This document shows, piece after piece, positions 25,701 to 37,083 of a stretch of DNA of 64,000 nucleotides (its first letter is position 1; each line of letters begins with the position of its first letter). Below the pieces are notes generated by a model. That model was not told the DNA's origin and ran no database searches. It was given only the letters and a program-made list of their open reading frames with translations. A program made the position numbers and the translations under genes. The DNA is from Amoebophrya sp. A120 (Eukaryota > Protista > Dinoflagellata): the NCBI GenBank assembly GCA_905178155.1, contig CAJINV010000011.1, forward strand, positions 767,982 through 831,981. Reading direction: 5' to 3'.

Positions 25701-28700
25701 CGCCACAACCGAGGCAGCAAACGCCGCAGCACCCGCGCCGGCACAACCTTTGGGGGTGACCCCCGCGCCGAAGGTTGTCGAGAGAATCCGCTCCCCGCCC
25801 GTCGTGGGGGAGGCACAAAGAACCGTAACCACCACCTGCCCGCCGGGCCCGCTGACCGTCACTGCGGGCACAGGCCTCGCGCGCGACGAGCAAGTGATCA
25901 ATTTTCGGTACGGTCAAACCGCGAGTTGGGAGGAACCGGACGAGCGAAAGTTGACCTACGGACTGAGCGTTTCCCGCATGAACTTCAACCTGCCTAGCGA
26001 AATGTGGAATCTGGAGCGTCCAATGAACGACTGGCGGTTGACGCCCGCTGGACAACTGGAAACGCGCAAACAGTACAACCAGGTTTGCGGGTATGGAGGA
26101 AAAAACTGCTGCTTCACTGTAACAAGCTGCTTGTGATGCATACTAGGAGTAGAATCATGGGACGACACAGTCACAGACGCATTGGTCTTGCTACACATGC
26201 GAGACACCGGGTGGTTTTGAAACGTGTTTTCCCTTACTAGGAACAACGCATAGCAAGTTTTCTTTCTGATGCGTAACGAACTTGCAAAACTTGCTCTTGC
26301 AAAATCCTATAACATAGATACACCAGTGAAACACTTTTTTCTCCCGATAGCGGTAGCGCGCCTCCGGACTTTCATACGAAGGAAACGGAGGACCTAGTTG
26401 GCGACGCGTACGAGCTATCAAATGCAAATATGTCTGGGTCTGGAAGGTGGCAACTTGTGATGCTAACTCTGGAGTCTAAAAAAGTCTGTATTGCATGACC
26501 AGCAACGGGAGTCTAGTTCCTGCTACGCGGGGAGGGCATTTGTCATGCGGAGCAGGCATCAAGAAGCCCTCGAAAAATCTGTGATGCTAGGTCGTGCATT
26601 ACAGACATCCTGGGTCATACACAGTATGCATGACAAACCCGGCAACATTCCAGACCCAGACACATTTGCACTTGATACGAGCGGCGGCTGCGCGGGGAAA
26701 GCGGCAGGGACCCGCAGGACCGCTGTACGACGCAGCAGATCCTCCCGGACTCCGACCTGCCGGCCTGTCTGGTGTTGCGCCGATCCGCGCCGTGGCACCT
26801 GACCAGCCGGCAGATCTGGGCGAAGAAGCTGGGCCCGGCGGGGGTGACGGGACAAGACCTGTGGCTGGATTTGAAGCACCACACCGTCCTCGACGAGCTG
26901 TTCGGGTTCACAGAGGAGCTGAAGAAGACGAAGACGCCGGAGCGCGTCGCCGTGCTGATCGTGAACGCCGAGTTCGACGGGCAGACACTACCAAAACAGC
27001 GGCGCCCGCGAAGCGCGTTCCTGGACCCCGAAGAGACCGGGAACAACGGGGGCCTGTTCGCCTTTGGAAAACAGAACTACGTATCAAATGCAAAAATGTC
27101 TGGGTCTGGGAGATTGCGAGATTTGTCGTGCTAGTCTGGCATGACTCTGAACTCTGTGTTGCATGCCCGCGAAGAGCCCCTCCTCCTTGTCATGCAAAAA
27201 CGCAGGAGTTTCTCATGCGGAATAGCAACCTAGACCCATGAAAAAACCTGTCATGCTTGGCAGCGCATTATAGTGGGTTCACTCTTCCCTTTCTTGCGTT
27301 ACAAGTTTCCAGACCCAGACATATTTGCAATGCATACTACGGCGAGGTGTGGACCACGGGGTCGGGGGAGTTTCCGCAGTATGACCTGCTCAAATCGGTT
27401 ACCATCTCAAACGTTCCAATAGAATCTGGATTTTGTCTTGCATGAACAGCATGAGGGACCACGTGTGTAGAGGTGCGCCTTTCGCAATACAAATTTCGCC
27501 GGATTCTATATAAATCAATGCTGGGGCTTTGGGTGCCGAAACTTGTCATGCGCAAGCCTATGGGACTACTGTAGATCATGCACTTGTTCCTGCATCACAG
27601 ATTTCCATATTCCATTGTAACGTTTGAGATTGTAACACCTGAGCAAGTTATACGCAGCCGACGGAGTTTCAGAACTCCGCCGCCTACAAGTCCCGCGTGT
27701 GCAAAACGCGGGGGTCCTGTGCCGTTTCCATCAAGATCACCCCCTGCATGTGGAGCCGCATTTTCGAGCCGCACGTGCGCCTCGTCGATACCGACGTGGA
27801 CGATGTGGAAGCCGATAAGCCGTCGGTCCGGCAAGAGCGCGGCGAAGCGCCGGACGACGCCGATCTCATCCCGGGTCCTCTGACCGAGTGCACCGTCGAG
27901 CAGGGTGCGCATTTTTTGCGCGACAGTCAGGACTTCAAGGTCTTTTATGTGCGGAGTCGGCGACCGGTTCAGGCGGTCGTTTCAGGTTTGTACGAGGTGT
28001 CGTTGGGCCCCCGGGAGTCGGCCTTTTGGGTAGCGCAGAGGCTGCACCCTGTCGGGATGATCGACCCGATCCCACCGGGGCCAGGGCCCGGCCCGGGCCC
28101 CAACCCGAAGCCGCCACCGAGTGTACGGAAAACCATCCACAGCTTCTTCTGCTGGATCGACTTGACCAAAAACCGCCTGCTCTCCTGGCGCAACGACCCC
28201 CGGACGCACCAGGCGTCCGAAGTGCGGGTGGCGCTGGAACGCGGCACGCCCCCGAGCTGGGGCGACAAGTGGAAGGAGATCGTACGGGAAAAAGAGAAGT
28301 ACGCCATCACCAACCTACCGTGTACGAGCGACGAGGACTGCACCAATCGGTGTCGACAAAACTGGGGCGTGCCCCCACTGTACTACGACGGCAGCGCCTT
28401 CGGCCAAGCGGCCTTCTGCTGGCACGAGAAGGGCGAACCTTTCACGCTGTACAGCAACGCCGCCTACCTGCAGAAGCGGAAGCGGGGAACGTTGACCGCG
28501 GGCCAGGTGGAACAGTCGAAGGTGCATTGTCGGGACGAGTACGATTGCCGGCGGCGCTGCGTCGGCTACAGCGGGTCCGTGGAGGCCCCGGATCCGGACC
28601 TCGAGGCGGCCAAGTTCTCGCAGCTGGAGGCGTTGCGAACCCGGCCGGCCACGGGGCGATTGCGGCACTGCGTTCGGGAGGGAGCGGATGAGGAGAGCGC

Positions 28701-31700
28701 CGGGGAAGCCGTGGCGGACACGAGTTGCTACTGCGTGACCTACTCAGTGACCGGGAACAAATTGCCGCTGTGCAGCGCGGGGCACCGCGCGTTCCGCGAC
28801 CACGGCTACTACTTTGACTCGGAGACCAAACACATCCTGGGTGCCGGCAGCGGTGACTGCCTGATTTTGGGGGAGAAACGCGCCGGCCGGGACGCCTGGC
28901 CGGTTTTGAGTGTGAACTTCCGCGACCGAGAGCGCCGTCCCGAACTCGGCAGCAGGACAAGCACCGAGGCTAGTGCACAAGGAAGCACTTCTTCTAGCGC
29001 GTCCTCCGGGTTTGTGGAGCTCGGAACTACAACAGCCGTCGAGCTCGGAACAGCATCCGCGTTTTTCCAGCAAGGACCACCCTTTAAAAGGGAGGGGCTT
29101 ACTACGCAAGAAAAAAACTGTGTAAGTGTAAATCTGTGATGCAGAAAATGCAAAACAGTAACACTTGTCATGCTGGAAGTGCGTCATAGACTACTATCTG
29201 ATAGTAGTCTATGACGCTTACTAGTATCATACGTGTTTCCACTTACTAGCTGCGCATGACAGGTTTTCCCTGTGATTTAAAACAAATTTGTGAAGATGCT
29301 GCTCTTCCTACAAAGTTACACGTACACAGTTTTTTTCCTGGATACTTACCGTCTGGGGCGTTGACCCCACGGCGGCGGAAAAACTACTGCTTCGAGTAGA
29401 TATACCCCCCGCCGAAACGCAGCAGAAGTTGAAGAGTGGGCATTTGGAGTGCTGGAATGTGTGCGAGGATGTAAGCAGTCGGGACAAACAGCGGGGGTTC
29501 TGCAGCAAGTGCAAAGTGATCAGCGGTCCAGACTTCGCCGACTACACCGGCGCGTGCTGCCGGTACAACAAAAACACCCCGCAAGGCGAGCCACACACCT
29601 GGGACCCGGACGACCCCCGCGAGTGCCGCATCCTTGGCGCGCTGAAAGGCAAGGGGCCAGAAAATTTCCTCTCGAAATTGTATTGGGACTGGATGGACGA
29701 TCCAGACCGCCTTGCAAATTTTATATTTAACGTCGGCACGGTCTACAACAATCTAAAGGGCTACCACAGTTGCGTCGCGGTTCCCAAGTGGGTGCAAGAC
29801 ACCTGCCTGCGCTATGGGACTGCTCTCAAACGTTACCTTCGCAACTGTATACATGATTTTGGATGCAAAATTACCATCAGAACCGACACGATCAAGCTGC
29901 TTTGCGTCGTGACAAATTCTCGATGGGCCGAACAAGGGCTGATAATCTGTGCCAAATCTGTTATGCAAGACGCGCAAGGTGGAATCAGGTCCCCCCTTTC
30001 ACTTTTGCCATTCTTGCATCACAGAGTCATTGGTAACAGTTGTCGAGAATGTAACAGCTGAGAACGCCATATGCGCCCGAGCGAATGTAGTGCGGAGGGT
30101 TTGTGCCCCGTGTGCAAAACGAACATTCTGGGTGATACTGCCCCGCAGTACGCAAACCTCAAAGGGGCATGCTGCAAAAAAGGCAACAATTACGCCAGTG
30201 GCCATATGTGCAACAACGTGGTACCGATTCCCGGTGGTGATGGTCGTGCAAAGTACCGGTTGGCGGACCTAAAGTTCAAAGACGAAAGTGCGGAGAGCAG
30301 GGAGTTCTATGTTGCCGAGTGTGTATCAACTGCAAATATGTCTTGGCCTGGAAGGATGCAAGGTTTGTCATGCTTGTCTGGCATGACAATGATATGACTG
30401 CAGAGTCTGTGATGCGTGTCCAAGAAGCGACCCTTTTTCTTGATATGCAAAAACGCAGTGTGTCTTTGTCATGCGAAAAGGGCAACACTATCACTAAGCC
30501 GCGCAAATATTTGTCATGCTTGGCTTTGCATGAGAGACCAGACGATGACGAGCAGTCATCATTCACAACCTAGCATTGCAAGTTTCCAGTCCAAGACATA
30601 TTTGCAATGCATAGTGTGTGCTGGTCGACCCCGCGCCAGTGCCCGCTCCGGTTAGTAGTACAGCACCGCCAGGTAGCACAACAGCAGCGCCGGTCAGTAG
30701 TACAACAACGCCTCTCCCGGTCCCGGGGGAAGGAGAACAAACGCTCACCTCCAGCACAGAAGCCGCTCCGGTTCCAGCCCCGCCGGACACGAGCACCTCT
30801 CCGCCTCGGGAGCCCGTGCCCCACCATAATCTGGGGACGGGGGGTAGCACCAAGTGTCACCGGTGGCGCCCGCGCCGCGTCGACGAGGAGGCGTCGGACT
30901 CGCGGTTCGGGGTCTGGGCTTTGTACGCTGAAGACCCGAAGGACGCGCCTGCAGCCGTATCATTTGTAAAACTGTCCGCACCCCATAGTTAAGTTGTAGG
31001 CAAGTCTGCAACACAAATCTCGATGTTTTGGGAGTTGCGCATGACAAATTTCCATCTGCAGTGTAGTGCTGGTTAGCAAGTGCAGCCGCATGAGAAACCC
31101 AGCTTCTCATCCTGTTTACAGCATTACGAAGTCCAAAACACGATTGGAAATGCCATTCATGGCGATCATGCGCATTACAAATCGATTCCTGTCATTGCGC
31201 ATTTGCATGACAACTCTGGGGTGGGAACGTTTTTACTCGCAATAAGCCGCAGCAGGAGGTTCTACTTCCGGGGCGGGGCACCACGGTGTGCAGGAGGCGG
31301 ACGTGTTCAATCGATACTGCTTGGTTCTCTCGGTTCCCGACGGCACCGGGCCGGACTCGGAGGCGCAGATGGAGCTCCAGGGCTGTACGACTGCGGACGC
31401 AATCAACAAGAAACGCATGAAGTGGGAGTGGGAAGTGCTGCAGGAGATCACGGGGACGCTCCGCGTCGTGGAGGAGGACTTCTGTGTGGTTCCTTCCGGT
31501 ATCCCTGGCGCGTCGAAAGGCCAGCTGGCTGCCTGCGACGCGGTGGATCACCGCGACAGTGCGATATCAAATGCAAAAATGTCTGGGTCTGGAATGTTGC
31601 CGGGTTAGTCATGCATATTTTGCCTGACCCAAGATGTCTGTAATGCACGACCTAGCATCACAGATTTTTAGAGGGCTTCCTGATGCCCACTCCGCATGAC

Positions 31701-34700
31701 AAATGCCCTCCCCTCGAGAGACTCCTCTTGCTGGTCATGCAATACAGATTTTTTTTAGAGTCCAAAGTCAGCATCACAAGTTCCAACCTTCCAGACCCAG
31801 ACATTTTTGCATTTGATATGCGAAGCGGCGCGTCGAGTGGCACTGGGGCGGGCCGCCGAGCTTCCTGCTGCCGGGGTGGCCGCCCCTCCGGGACAGCCGG
31901 GGGCAGACGATGCCCGATGTGCACGGGGTGCGCTCGCTCGTGGATGTCGTGGAGCACGACGGGAAGATTAAGCATCAGGCCGACGACCACAGCGCCTGGA
32001 CGATTCTAACGCACCACCGGCACATGGAAGTGGACCACCACTTTGAGGCAACGAACGTGAACCCGGATCGGGCGGTCGAGTGTCTCGCCGTGGACTTGAC
32101 CCAGCCGATGACAATCGACATCGGGGCGCCGGTGAAGAGCATTCCGGTGGCGGAGGTAATGGGGGAGCAGCGGCTGTGCCTCGAGTGGGTCCCGGTGCCC
32201 GTGCCCGGGCTGCGCAACACCTACTGGCTGCAGGTGCGCCAGCAGGTGCTGCACCGGGTGCGCGACAAGCGGTGGAAGCAGCCGGCGCGCCTTTGTCTGG
32301 ACCGTCTGCGCCGGACCGGCGTAGACATGGTGTTAGCGCTGTGCGAGCTGTACAGCTACACCCTGCCCCGGGGGTTGCGGGACAACCCCGAAATGCCGCT
32401 GATCCCCCTGCCGATGCGGGAACTCGGTCCAAGCAACGACACGGAAACGGCGGCGCAGGTCCTGCGCCACGAGTTGTTCGACCGGCGGGGGGACCTAGAA
32501 CTCTTCCTCAGCGGCAGATCAGGAACCGAGGACAGCAACTACTACGCTTGGTCTTCGCAGTGGTGGCGGTGGGAGGCGGTGCAAGCGCACTACGAACCGC
32601 TTCTGGAGGTGAAACTGACCACGCCGCCCCCGCCGACCACGTGGACCTTTTCGACGACCCTCAGCTGGCCCGTGCAGGTGTCCGCGCACCGCCGCACCGG
32701 GTGTCGTGATTACACCTGCAAGATCCACCACGGGCAACGGGATTTCCTGTACTTTCTTGACGTGCCGGACATCGCCTGCGTGAGCGAAACGTCCCACGAG
32801 CACTCCTGCGAGCGTCTCTGCTGCGGACTGGTCTACTGCATGACGACCAGGCGAAAGCCCTTTGAGTACGGCAACGCGGCCGATATGCAGTGCAAAAGTA
32901 TCGTAGTCGTACTAATTGCGTTTATGCATTACAAATTTAATGATCTGTAATGCTAAGCCAATTTGTCATGCAATTTATACTAGTGCGCTGCTTTTGCAAT
33001 GCATAGCCGACTACGACTTGCAAAAGGACGTGCACGTGTTCCGGGACGCGCAGCGGGCGGCGGCGGAGCTTTATCAAATGCAAATATGTCTGGGTCTGGA
33101 AGAGTGCAGGAGTTTGTCATGGACAATTTGCGTGACCCATGAGGTCTGTGATGCATGCCCTAGCATCAGAGATTCTGCGAGGGCTTTTTGATGCTCATAC
33201 CGCATGAGAAATGCCATCTCCGCGTAGCACAAACTGCGCCGTCTTTGTTGTTCATGCAATACAGATTTTATGTCGAGTCCAAGGGTAGCATCACAAGTTG
33301 CAACATTCTTCCAGTGCAGACATATTTGCATTTGATAAGCTGCAACAGCACGCCAAGGAGCTCGGGTACGTGCCTATTTTGCCCCCGCACGACCGGTTCG
33401 GGGGGGTTGAGCACTACCGCCCCACGGACGTAGACTGGGACGAAGACTACGTAGGCTACTACACGGTGGACAGCCACCACGTGGTCTCACCGAGAGTTCC
33501 GGGGATGGCGGTGCTGCCCGACTTTTCGGACGACGCCAGCTCGTCCAGCACGGTGTTGATCGACAAATCCGGCTTCACGATGGGAGGACTGGCCATGGAC
33601 GTGGCCGCGGGGTTCCTCGGGGCCAGCGCCGCCCCCGATCTGGCGGAGAGGAGAAGACTGACGGGGCGGAGTCCGGATTTCCAAAACTGCGTCACGAATG
33701 CGGATCTGGAATATCCAAGAAAAAAACTGTGTTATTGTAACTCTCTTTTGTTGACAGCATCACAAATTTGCTCTACATGACAGAGAAAACCTGTCACGCG
33801 TGGCTTGTAGGGGAAAACACACATGAAAAGCGGACTTTGTGGTTAACTGGCATGACAGGCGCAACTCTGTTGCATGTTCTGTATTACAGAGTTACGCTTA
33901 CACTTACACAGTTTTTTTTCTTGCATATGGGAACGGATGGGTGTAAAAGGTCCTCCTACTTCACGGTGGAGGTGTTCGAGAGCTGCGACAAAAGCGAGAT
34001 CGATTTTAACAACGAGACGATCCGGATGAACCTGATCGACGATAGTCATTTGCACTACTGGACAGACGACGTGTGGTATGACGAGAGTACACAACTCCCC
34101 CTCGTCCCCCTCATTTGTATTGCATCGGCAGTAATAGAAACACAAGCGCACATGGAGGCTACGCATGACAAGTTAATGCGCGTAGTGTAGTACTGTTTAG
34201 CTTTAGGCTTCCAGAATCTGTCATGCAAACGGTGCCACAAGGCGCAGCACTTGGATTTGGGATTTTGCATTCCAAATGAGGGGGAGGGGGAGTTGTGCAC
34301 TGTCATATGTGGGTCAAGTACGATCGGGGCCGGTACGTGGACGAAGAAGACATCCGCAAGAACGAGCCTTACGTGCACCAGTGGCAGTGCCAGAAGTACG
34401 TGGGCTTTTTGCACCCGCCTGCCGAGTGGGACGCCGCGGTCGCGACGGAGCGGGCGGCCTTCTTGCGGCTGCAAAACCACAAGACGACCTTGCCGACGGC
34501 GTGGAAGGGTTTGTTCGACAGCCGCGAGTCGGGAGAGAACGCCGAGTGGCGGCTGGTGACGCCGCGCACCAAGATATCATGGGTAAAAACGTCCCCACCA
34601 CGACCCCAGAGTCAAGTTGGGAACTTAGCAACACAAATCCAGAAGTTTTGGGAGCCACGCATGACAAGTTGCCGTCCGCAGTGTAGTGGATGTTAGCAAG

Positions 34701-35371
34701 GGCAACCGCATCACAAATCCATCTGCTTATCCTGTTTACAGCATTACAAATTCCAAAACGCGACTGGAAATGCCTCTCATGGAGATGCGCACTTTTACAA
34801 ATCTTCCTGTAATCGCAAATCTGCATGACAACTATGGGGTGCTGGGGACGTTTTTACATAGGATACAAGACCCCGATCCAGGTGCGGGAAACCGTTCCGG
34901 ACATGTGGAGCAGCAACGAACTCGTGCCCCTGCGGGACTGCTGCGCGCACTATCCGGAGTAAAAACGTCCCCACCTCCCGCCCATAGTCAAGATGGGAAA
35001 TCAGCCTCCCTGCTACACAAATCAGCCAGCTTTGGTTGTTGCGCGTGACAAGTTTGGCCTCGTAGTGTAGTAATCCGGTTCAGCTTGTTCAGCAGCGTCA
35101 CAGATCTAGCCCACCAAGCTGGTTGGAGCATTTTTGCAAAATCCAAAACACGACTAGAAAATACGTGTCATGGGGCTCCGCATGAGAAACAGTTGGAGCA
35201 TGCAGATCTGCATGACGGCTATGGAATGGCGACGTTTTCACATAGGATACGCACGTCGCGCAGTTCATGTCGGACGTCAATCACCGATTCGGCCTGGACA
35301 ACTTTGAGCAGCATGTGGTCGCCAGCAACTGTGTCGTATTCTCCCGCAACCTCTGGGTCGAGCAGGATTAG
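16705..35371 (+). CDS. Giant (~3862 aa) probably secreted multidomain protein: TSP1 repeats, PAN/apple-like domains, GH27 alpha-galactosidase-like domain, ricin-B-like lectin repeats, Cys-rich C-terminus; 26 exons separated by 25 TIR elements
   Basis: Span 18,667 nt minus 7,078 nt (25 elements plus one TSD each) = 11,589 nt = 3863 codons, with each junction checked in frame. Motifs: WQPWSECSVTCGPGG, CSKSCGGG, ECREICRRSELCDAYAW, PPMGWASW, DAGYNLIEISDGY, SLKIDTCG, ARDI, HFALWCITSSPL, QIWAKKL. Start codon uncertain. Confidence 0.85.
17225..17519. mobile_element. Introner-like TIR element, family D
   Basis: TATCCTGATTAAAAACGTCCCCAC...GTGGGGACGTTTTTACTCAGAATA; TSD CCTGT. Confidence 0.92.
20401..20553. 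mobile_element. Introner-like TIR element, family B
   Basis: TATGAAATGCAGAAGTATCG...CGATACTTTTGCACAGGATA; TSD CGCCC/CGCTC. Confidence 0.88.
20697..20854. mobile_element. Introner-like TIR element, family B
   Basis: TATGAATTGCAAAAGCATC...GATGCTTTTGCACAGGATA; TSD CACCA/CTCCG; removal restores PPMGW. Confidence 0.88.
20923..21148. mobile_element. Introner-like TIR element, family E
   Basis: TATCCAAGAAAAAAAGTGTGTAAGT...ACTTACACAGTTTTTTTCCTGGATA; TSD AGGTG (GT-AG register possible). Confidence 0.92.
21686..21971. mobile_element. Introner-like TIR element, family D (opposite orientation to 17225 copy)
   Basis: TATCCTGAGTAAAAACGTCCCCACC...GGTGGGGACGTTTTTACTTTGGATA; TSD TTCTG/GTCTA. Confidence 0.88.
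22036..23208. mobile_element. Introner-like TIR element, family A, expanded by a nested 900-bp insert
   Basis: TATGCATTGCAAATATGCCTGGGTCTGG...CCAGACCCAGACATATTTGCAGTTGATA; TSD GGTAC. Confidence 0.9.
22110..23009 (+). mobile_element. Non-autonomous Helitron-like element nested in introner
   Basis: Inserted between A and T with no TSD. 5' end TCTATTATATT; 3' hairpin GCCCCGGC-GTCA-GCCGGGGC (22982-23001) then CTGG end; internal GAGAGG/CCCTCTCGCGC repeats. Confidence 0.75.
23800..23976. mobile_element. Introner-like TIR element, family A (short)
   Basis: Family A TIRs; TSD CGCCA. Confidence 0.9.
24036..24272. mobile_element. Introner-like TIR element, family C
   Basis: TATGAGAGTGCACAAC...GTTGTGCGCTCTCATA; TSD GAGCA. 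Confidence 0.92.
24513..24720. mobile_element. Introner-like TIR element, family E-like (degenerate)
   Basis: TATGCAAAGAGAAATGTG...CACACTTTTTTCGTGGGATA; TSD GTGTA/GTGTT. Confidence 0.78.
24802..25036. mobile_element. Introner-like TIR element, family C (opposite orientation to 24036 copy)
   Basis: TATGAGACGAGTGCACAAG...GTTGTGCACACTCATA; TSD ACTTT; removal restores THFALWC. Confidence 0.92.
26092..26349. mobile_element. Introner-like TIR element, family E-like
   Basis: TATGGAGGAAAAAACTG...CAGTGAAACACTTTTTCTCCCGATA; TSD GCGGG/GCGGT. Confidence 0.8.
26416..26677. mobile_element. Introner-like TIR element, family A
   Basis: Family A TIRs; TSD CGAGC. Confidence 0.93.
27082..27336. mobile_element. 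Introner-like TIR element, family A
   Basis: Family A TIRs; TSD CTACG. Confidence 0.93.
27380..27652. mobile_element. Introner-like TIR element, family F
   Basis: TATGACCTGCTCAAATCGGTTACCATCTCAAACGTT...AACGTTTGAGATTGTAACACCTGAGCAAGTTATA; TSD CGCAG. Confidence 0.9.
29103..29344. mobile_element. Introner-like TIR element, family E
   Basis: TACGCAAGAAAAAAACTGTGTAAGTGTAA...TACACAGTTTTTTCCTGGATA; TSD CTTAC. Confidence 0.9.
29813..30071. mobile_element. Introner-like TIR element, family F-like (degenerate)
   Basis: TATGGGACTGCTCTCAAACGTTAC...GTAACAGCTGAGAACGCCATA; TSD TGCGC. Confidence 0.8.
30324..30613. mobile_element. Introner-like TIR element, family A
   Basis: Family A TIRs; TSD GTGTG. Confidence 0.92.
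30958..31244. mobile_element. Introner-like TIR element, family D
   Basis: TATCATTTGTAAAACTGTCCGCACCCC...GGGGTGGGAACGTTTTTACTCGCAATA; TSD AGCCG. Confidence 0.88.
31565..31818. mobile_element. Introner-like TIR element, family A (reverse-complement relative of 26416 copy)
   Basis: Family A TIRs; TSD TGCGA. Confidence 0.93.
32884..33005. mobile_element. Introner-like TIR element, family B
   Basis: TATGCAGTGCAAAAGTATCG...CTTTTGCAATGCATA; TSD GCCGA. Confidence 0.9.
33072..33337. mobile_element. Introner-like TIR element, family A
   Basis: Family A TIRs; TSD AGCTT/AGCTG. Confidence 0.9.
33712..33927. mobile_element. Introner-like TIR element, family E
   Basis: TATCCAAGAAAAAAACTGTGT...ACACAGTTTTTTTTCTTGCATA; TSD TGGAA/TGGGA. 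Confidence 0.88.
34077..34307. mobile_element. Introner-like TIR element, family C
   Basis: TATGACGAGAGTACACAACTCCCCC...GGGGGAGTTGTGCACTGTCATA; TSD TGTGG. Confidence 0.9.
34575..34865. mobile_element. Introner-like TIR element, family D
   Basis: TATCATGGGTAAAAACGTCCCCA...TGGGGACGTTTTTACATAGGATA; TSD CAAGA. Confidence 0.92.
34951..35249. mobile_element. Introner-like TIR element, family D
   Basis: TATCCGGAGTAAAAACGTCCCCA...TGGCGACGTTTTCACATAGGATA; TSD CGCAC. Confidence 0.9.
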
Positions 35372-35952
35372 GGCGCCAGTGCTGCTACAACAAAAATGCC
35401 GCGCTTTGAATATCCGATATCTGCACCTCCAGCAATGACGTTGTACACGTAATGAGTAAAAAAAATTGGAATTGGATACTAAAGATAATGCTGAGACTTA
35501 CACTTATTCTACATCTACTGTACAAGAACAAATGAAATAAATGTACCACTAAGCAACTACATCATGATGATGAATACTTCGCTTCTTTCAGAATGAGACC
35601 TTACGCATAGATCGGTGCACACGATCTTGAAATACTGTATTTATACGAAGAAATCGTTCGAAGGGTCGTGTCTAACAGAGGACATGATTGGCGCAATTCA
35701 ATGAAAGTGACAAAACCTCCGAAAGCCGAAACGGATATTTGCTATATAGTTTTGACGCTTATAATTTCGGCTTATGTCGAAGCAAACACTCCCTCGGTGG
35801 ATTGAAAGTCGAACAATTTGTATCGGAACAACGGGACGACGACGACAAGAAAATAAACGTCAGCGTCTAGCGGAGCGGAAATTTCATTCTAGTTCCTCCT
35901 GCACCAGAGTGCCAAGGAAGCTTGTGCTATACTTGTTGTTCTGTTCATCGAC

Positions 35953-37083
35953 GACTCGGAGGCACAAAGCCGAAGCAAGGAAGTGGATGACGTGTCTGCG
36001 CCGCAGTTGCATATGATCTTGTCCAACAAAAGTCGGAGCATTACTCAGGTAATGGGGGGGGAGGGGGGGGATGCATCCATGCTTTTTGGGCATTACTCAA
36101 ACCGGCGACAACTTGCGCCGAGCCGTCCGATCGCCGTCGCTCTCCTCCATCACCGGTCGCCGATCCGCCACCCCGTCTCCGCGTCCCTCCATCAATCGCC
36201 GATCGTCTCCGCGGCCACGCGCGGCCGCGGGCCCGCCCGCCAGCGAGCGCAGGCCTGCGGCCATGTGGCCGGGGGGCAGCCATGATTGGCAATATGTAAT
36301 GCTAATGCAGAAACCAACGAAGGACAACCTGTTGACGTGGCTCTTTCAATTTTCCTCCATCGGAGGAGCGTTGAGGTGGCCACTTCAACTACTTTGACTC
36401 TCTGTTATCCTAGTGGTCCTTCACTTCTGCGCTACATACAATTTTCCAAAGTGGGAGACTTGTGTTGCAGAAATGAGGGACAAGAGAAGCGCGAAGCTGT
36501 TGCAGTGGCCATTTCAACTGTCTTCCATCTGAGGAAAGTTGGCGTGGTTTCTCCTGCATTCCTGCATTACAAATGCAGAAACGAAGGACGAAGGAAGCGC
36601 GACCGTTTTGAGTTTCGAGGCGGGTTTTCTCGGCCCGATCGCTCGCGAAAGATTTTTTCGGCACGGCCCTGCCCCTCCTGCCCCCTCCCGATGAAGATTT
36701 TACTCAGGTCGTCGGACCTGAATAAAAGTTTTACTCAGGCCGCCGGACCTGAATAGAATCTGTATTCAGGTCACAGCGTTTTCGTTCGCCCACGCGCGGG
36801 AGCTGGAACCTTCGAAGGAGAAAGGGGGCGCTTTCCTTTGTCCTTCGTTTCTGCGTGTACAAATTGCCAGCAAGGTTGGCAATTTGCAATGCAGAAATGA
36901 GCGGCACACTGTTGACGATGAAGCGGCCAACTCAACTTTCCTAACTCCGATTGAGGAAAAGTCGAAGTGGGCAACTCAACAGCTTTGGCTTCCTGTGCCC
37001 TTCATTTCTGCTTGACAAGTTGACTCGGAGGCACAAAGCCGAAGCAAGGAAGTGGATGACGTGTCTGCGCCGCAGTTGCATAT
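35953..37083. repeat. Perfect 62-bp direct repeat pair (35953-36014, 37022-37083) flanking a ~1007-bp non-coding insert
   Basis: GACTCGGAGGCACAAAGCCGAAGCAAGGAAGTGGATGACGTGTCTGCGCCGCAGTTGCATAT is present twice. Confidence 0.9.
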
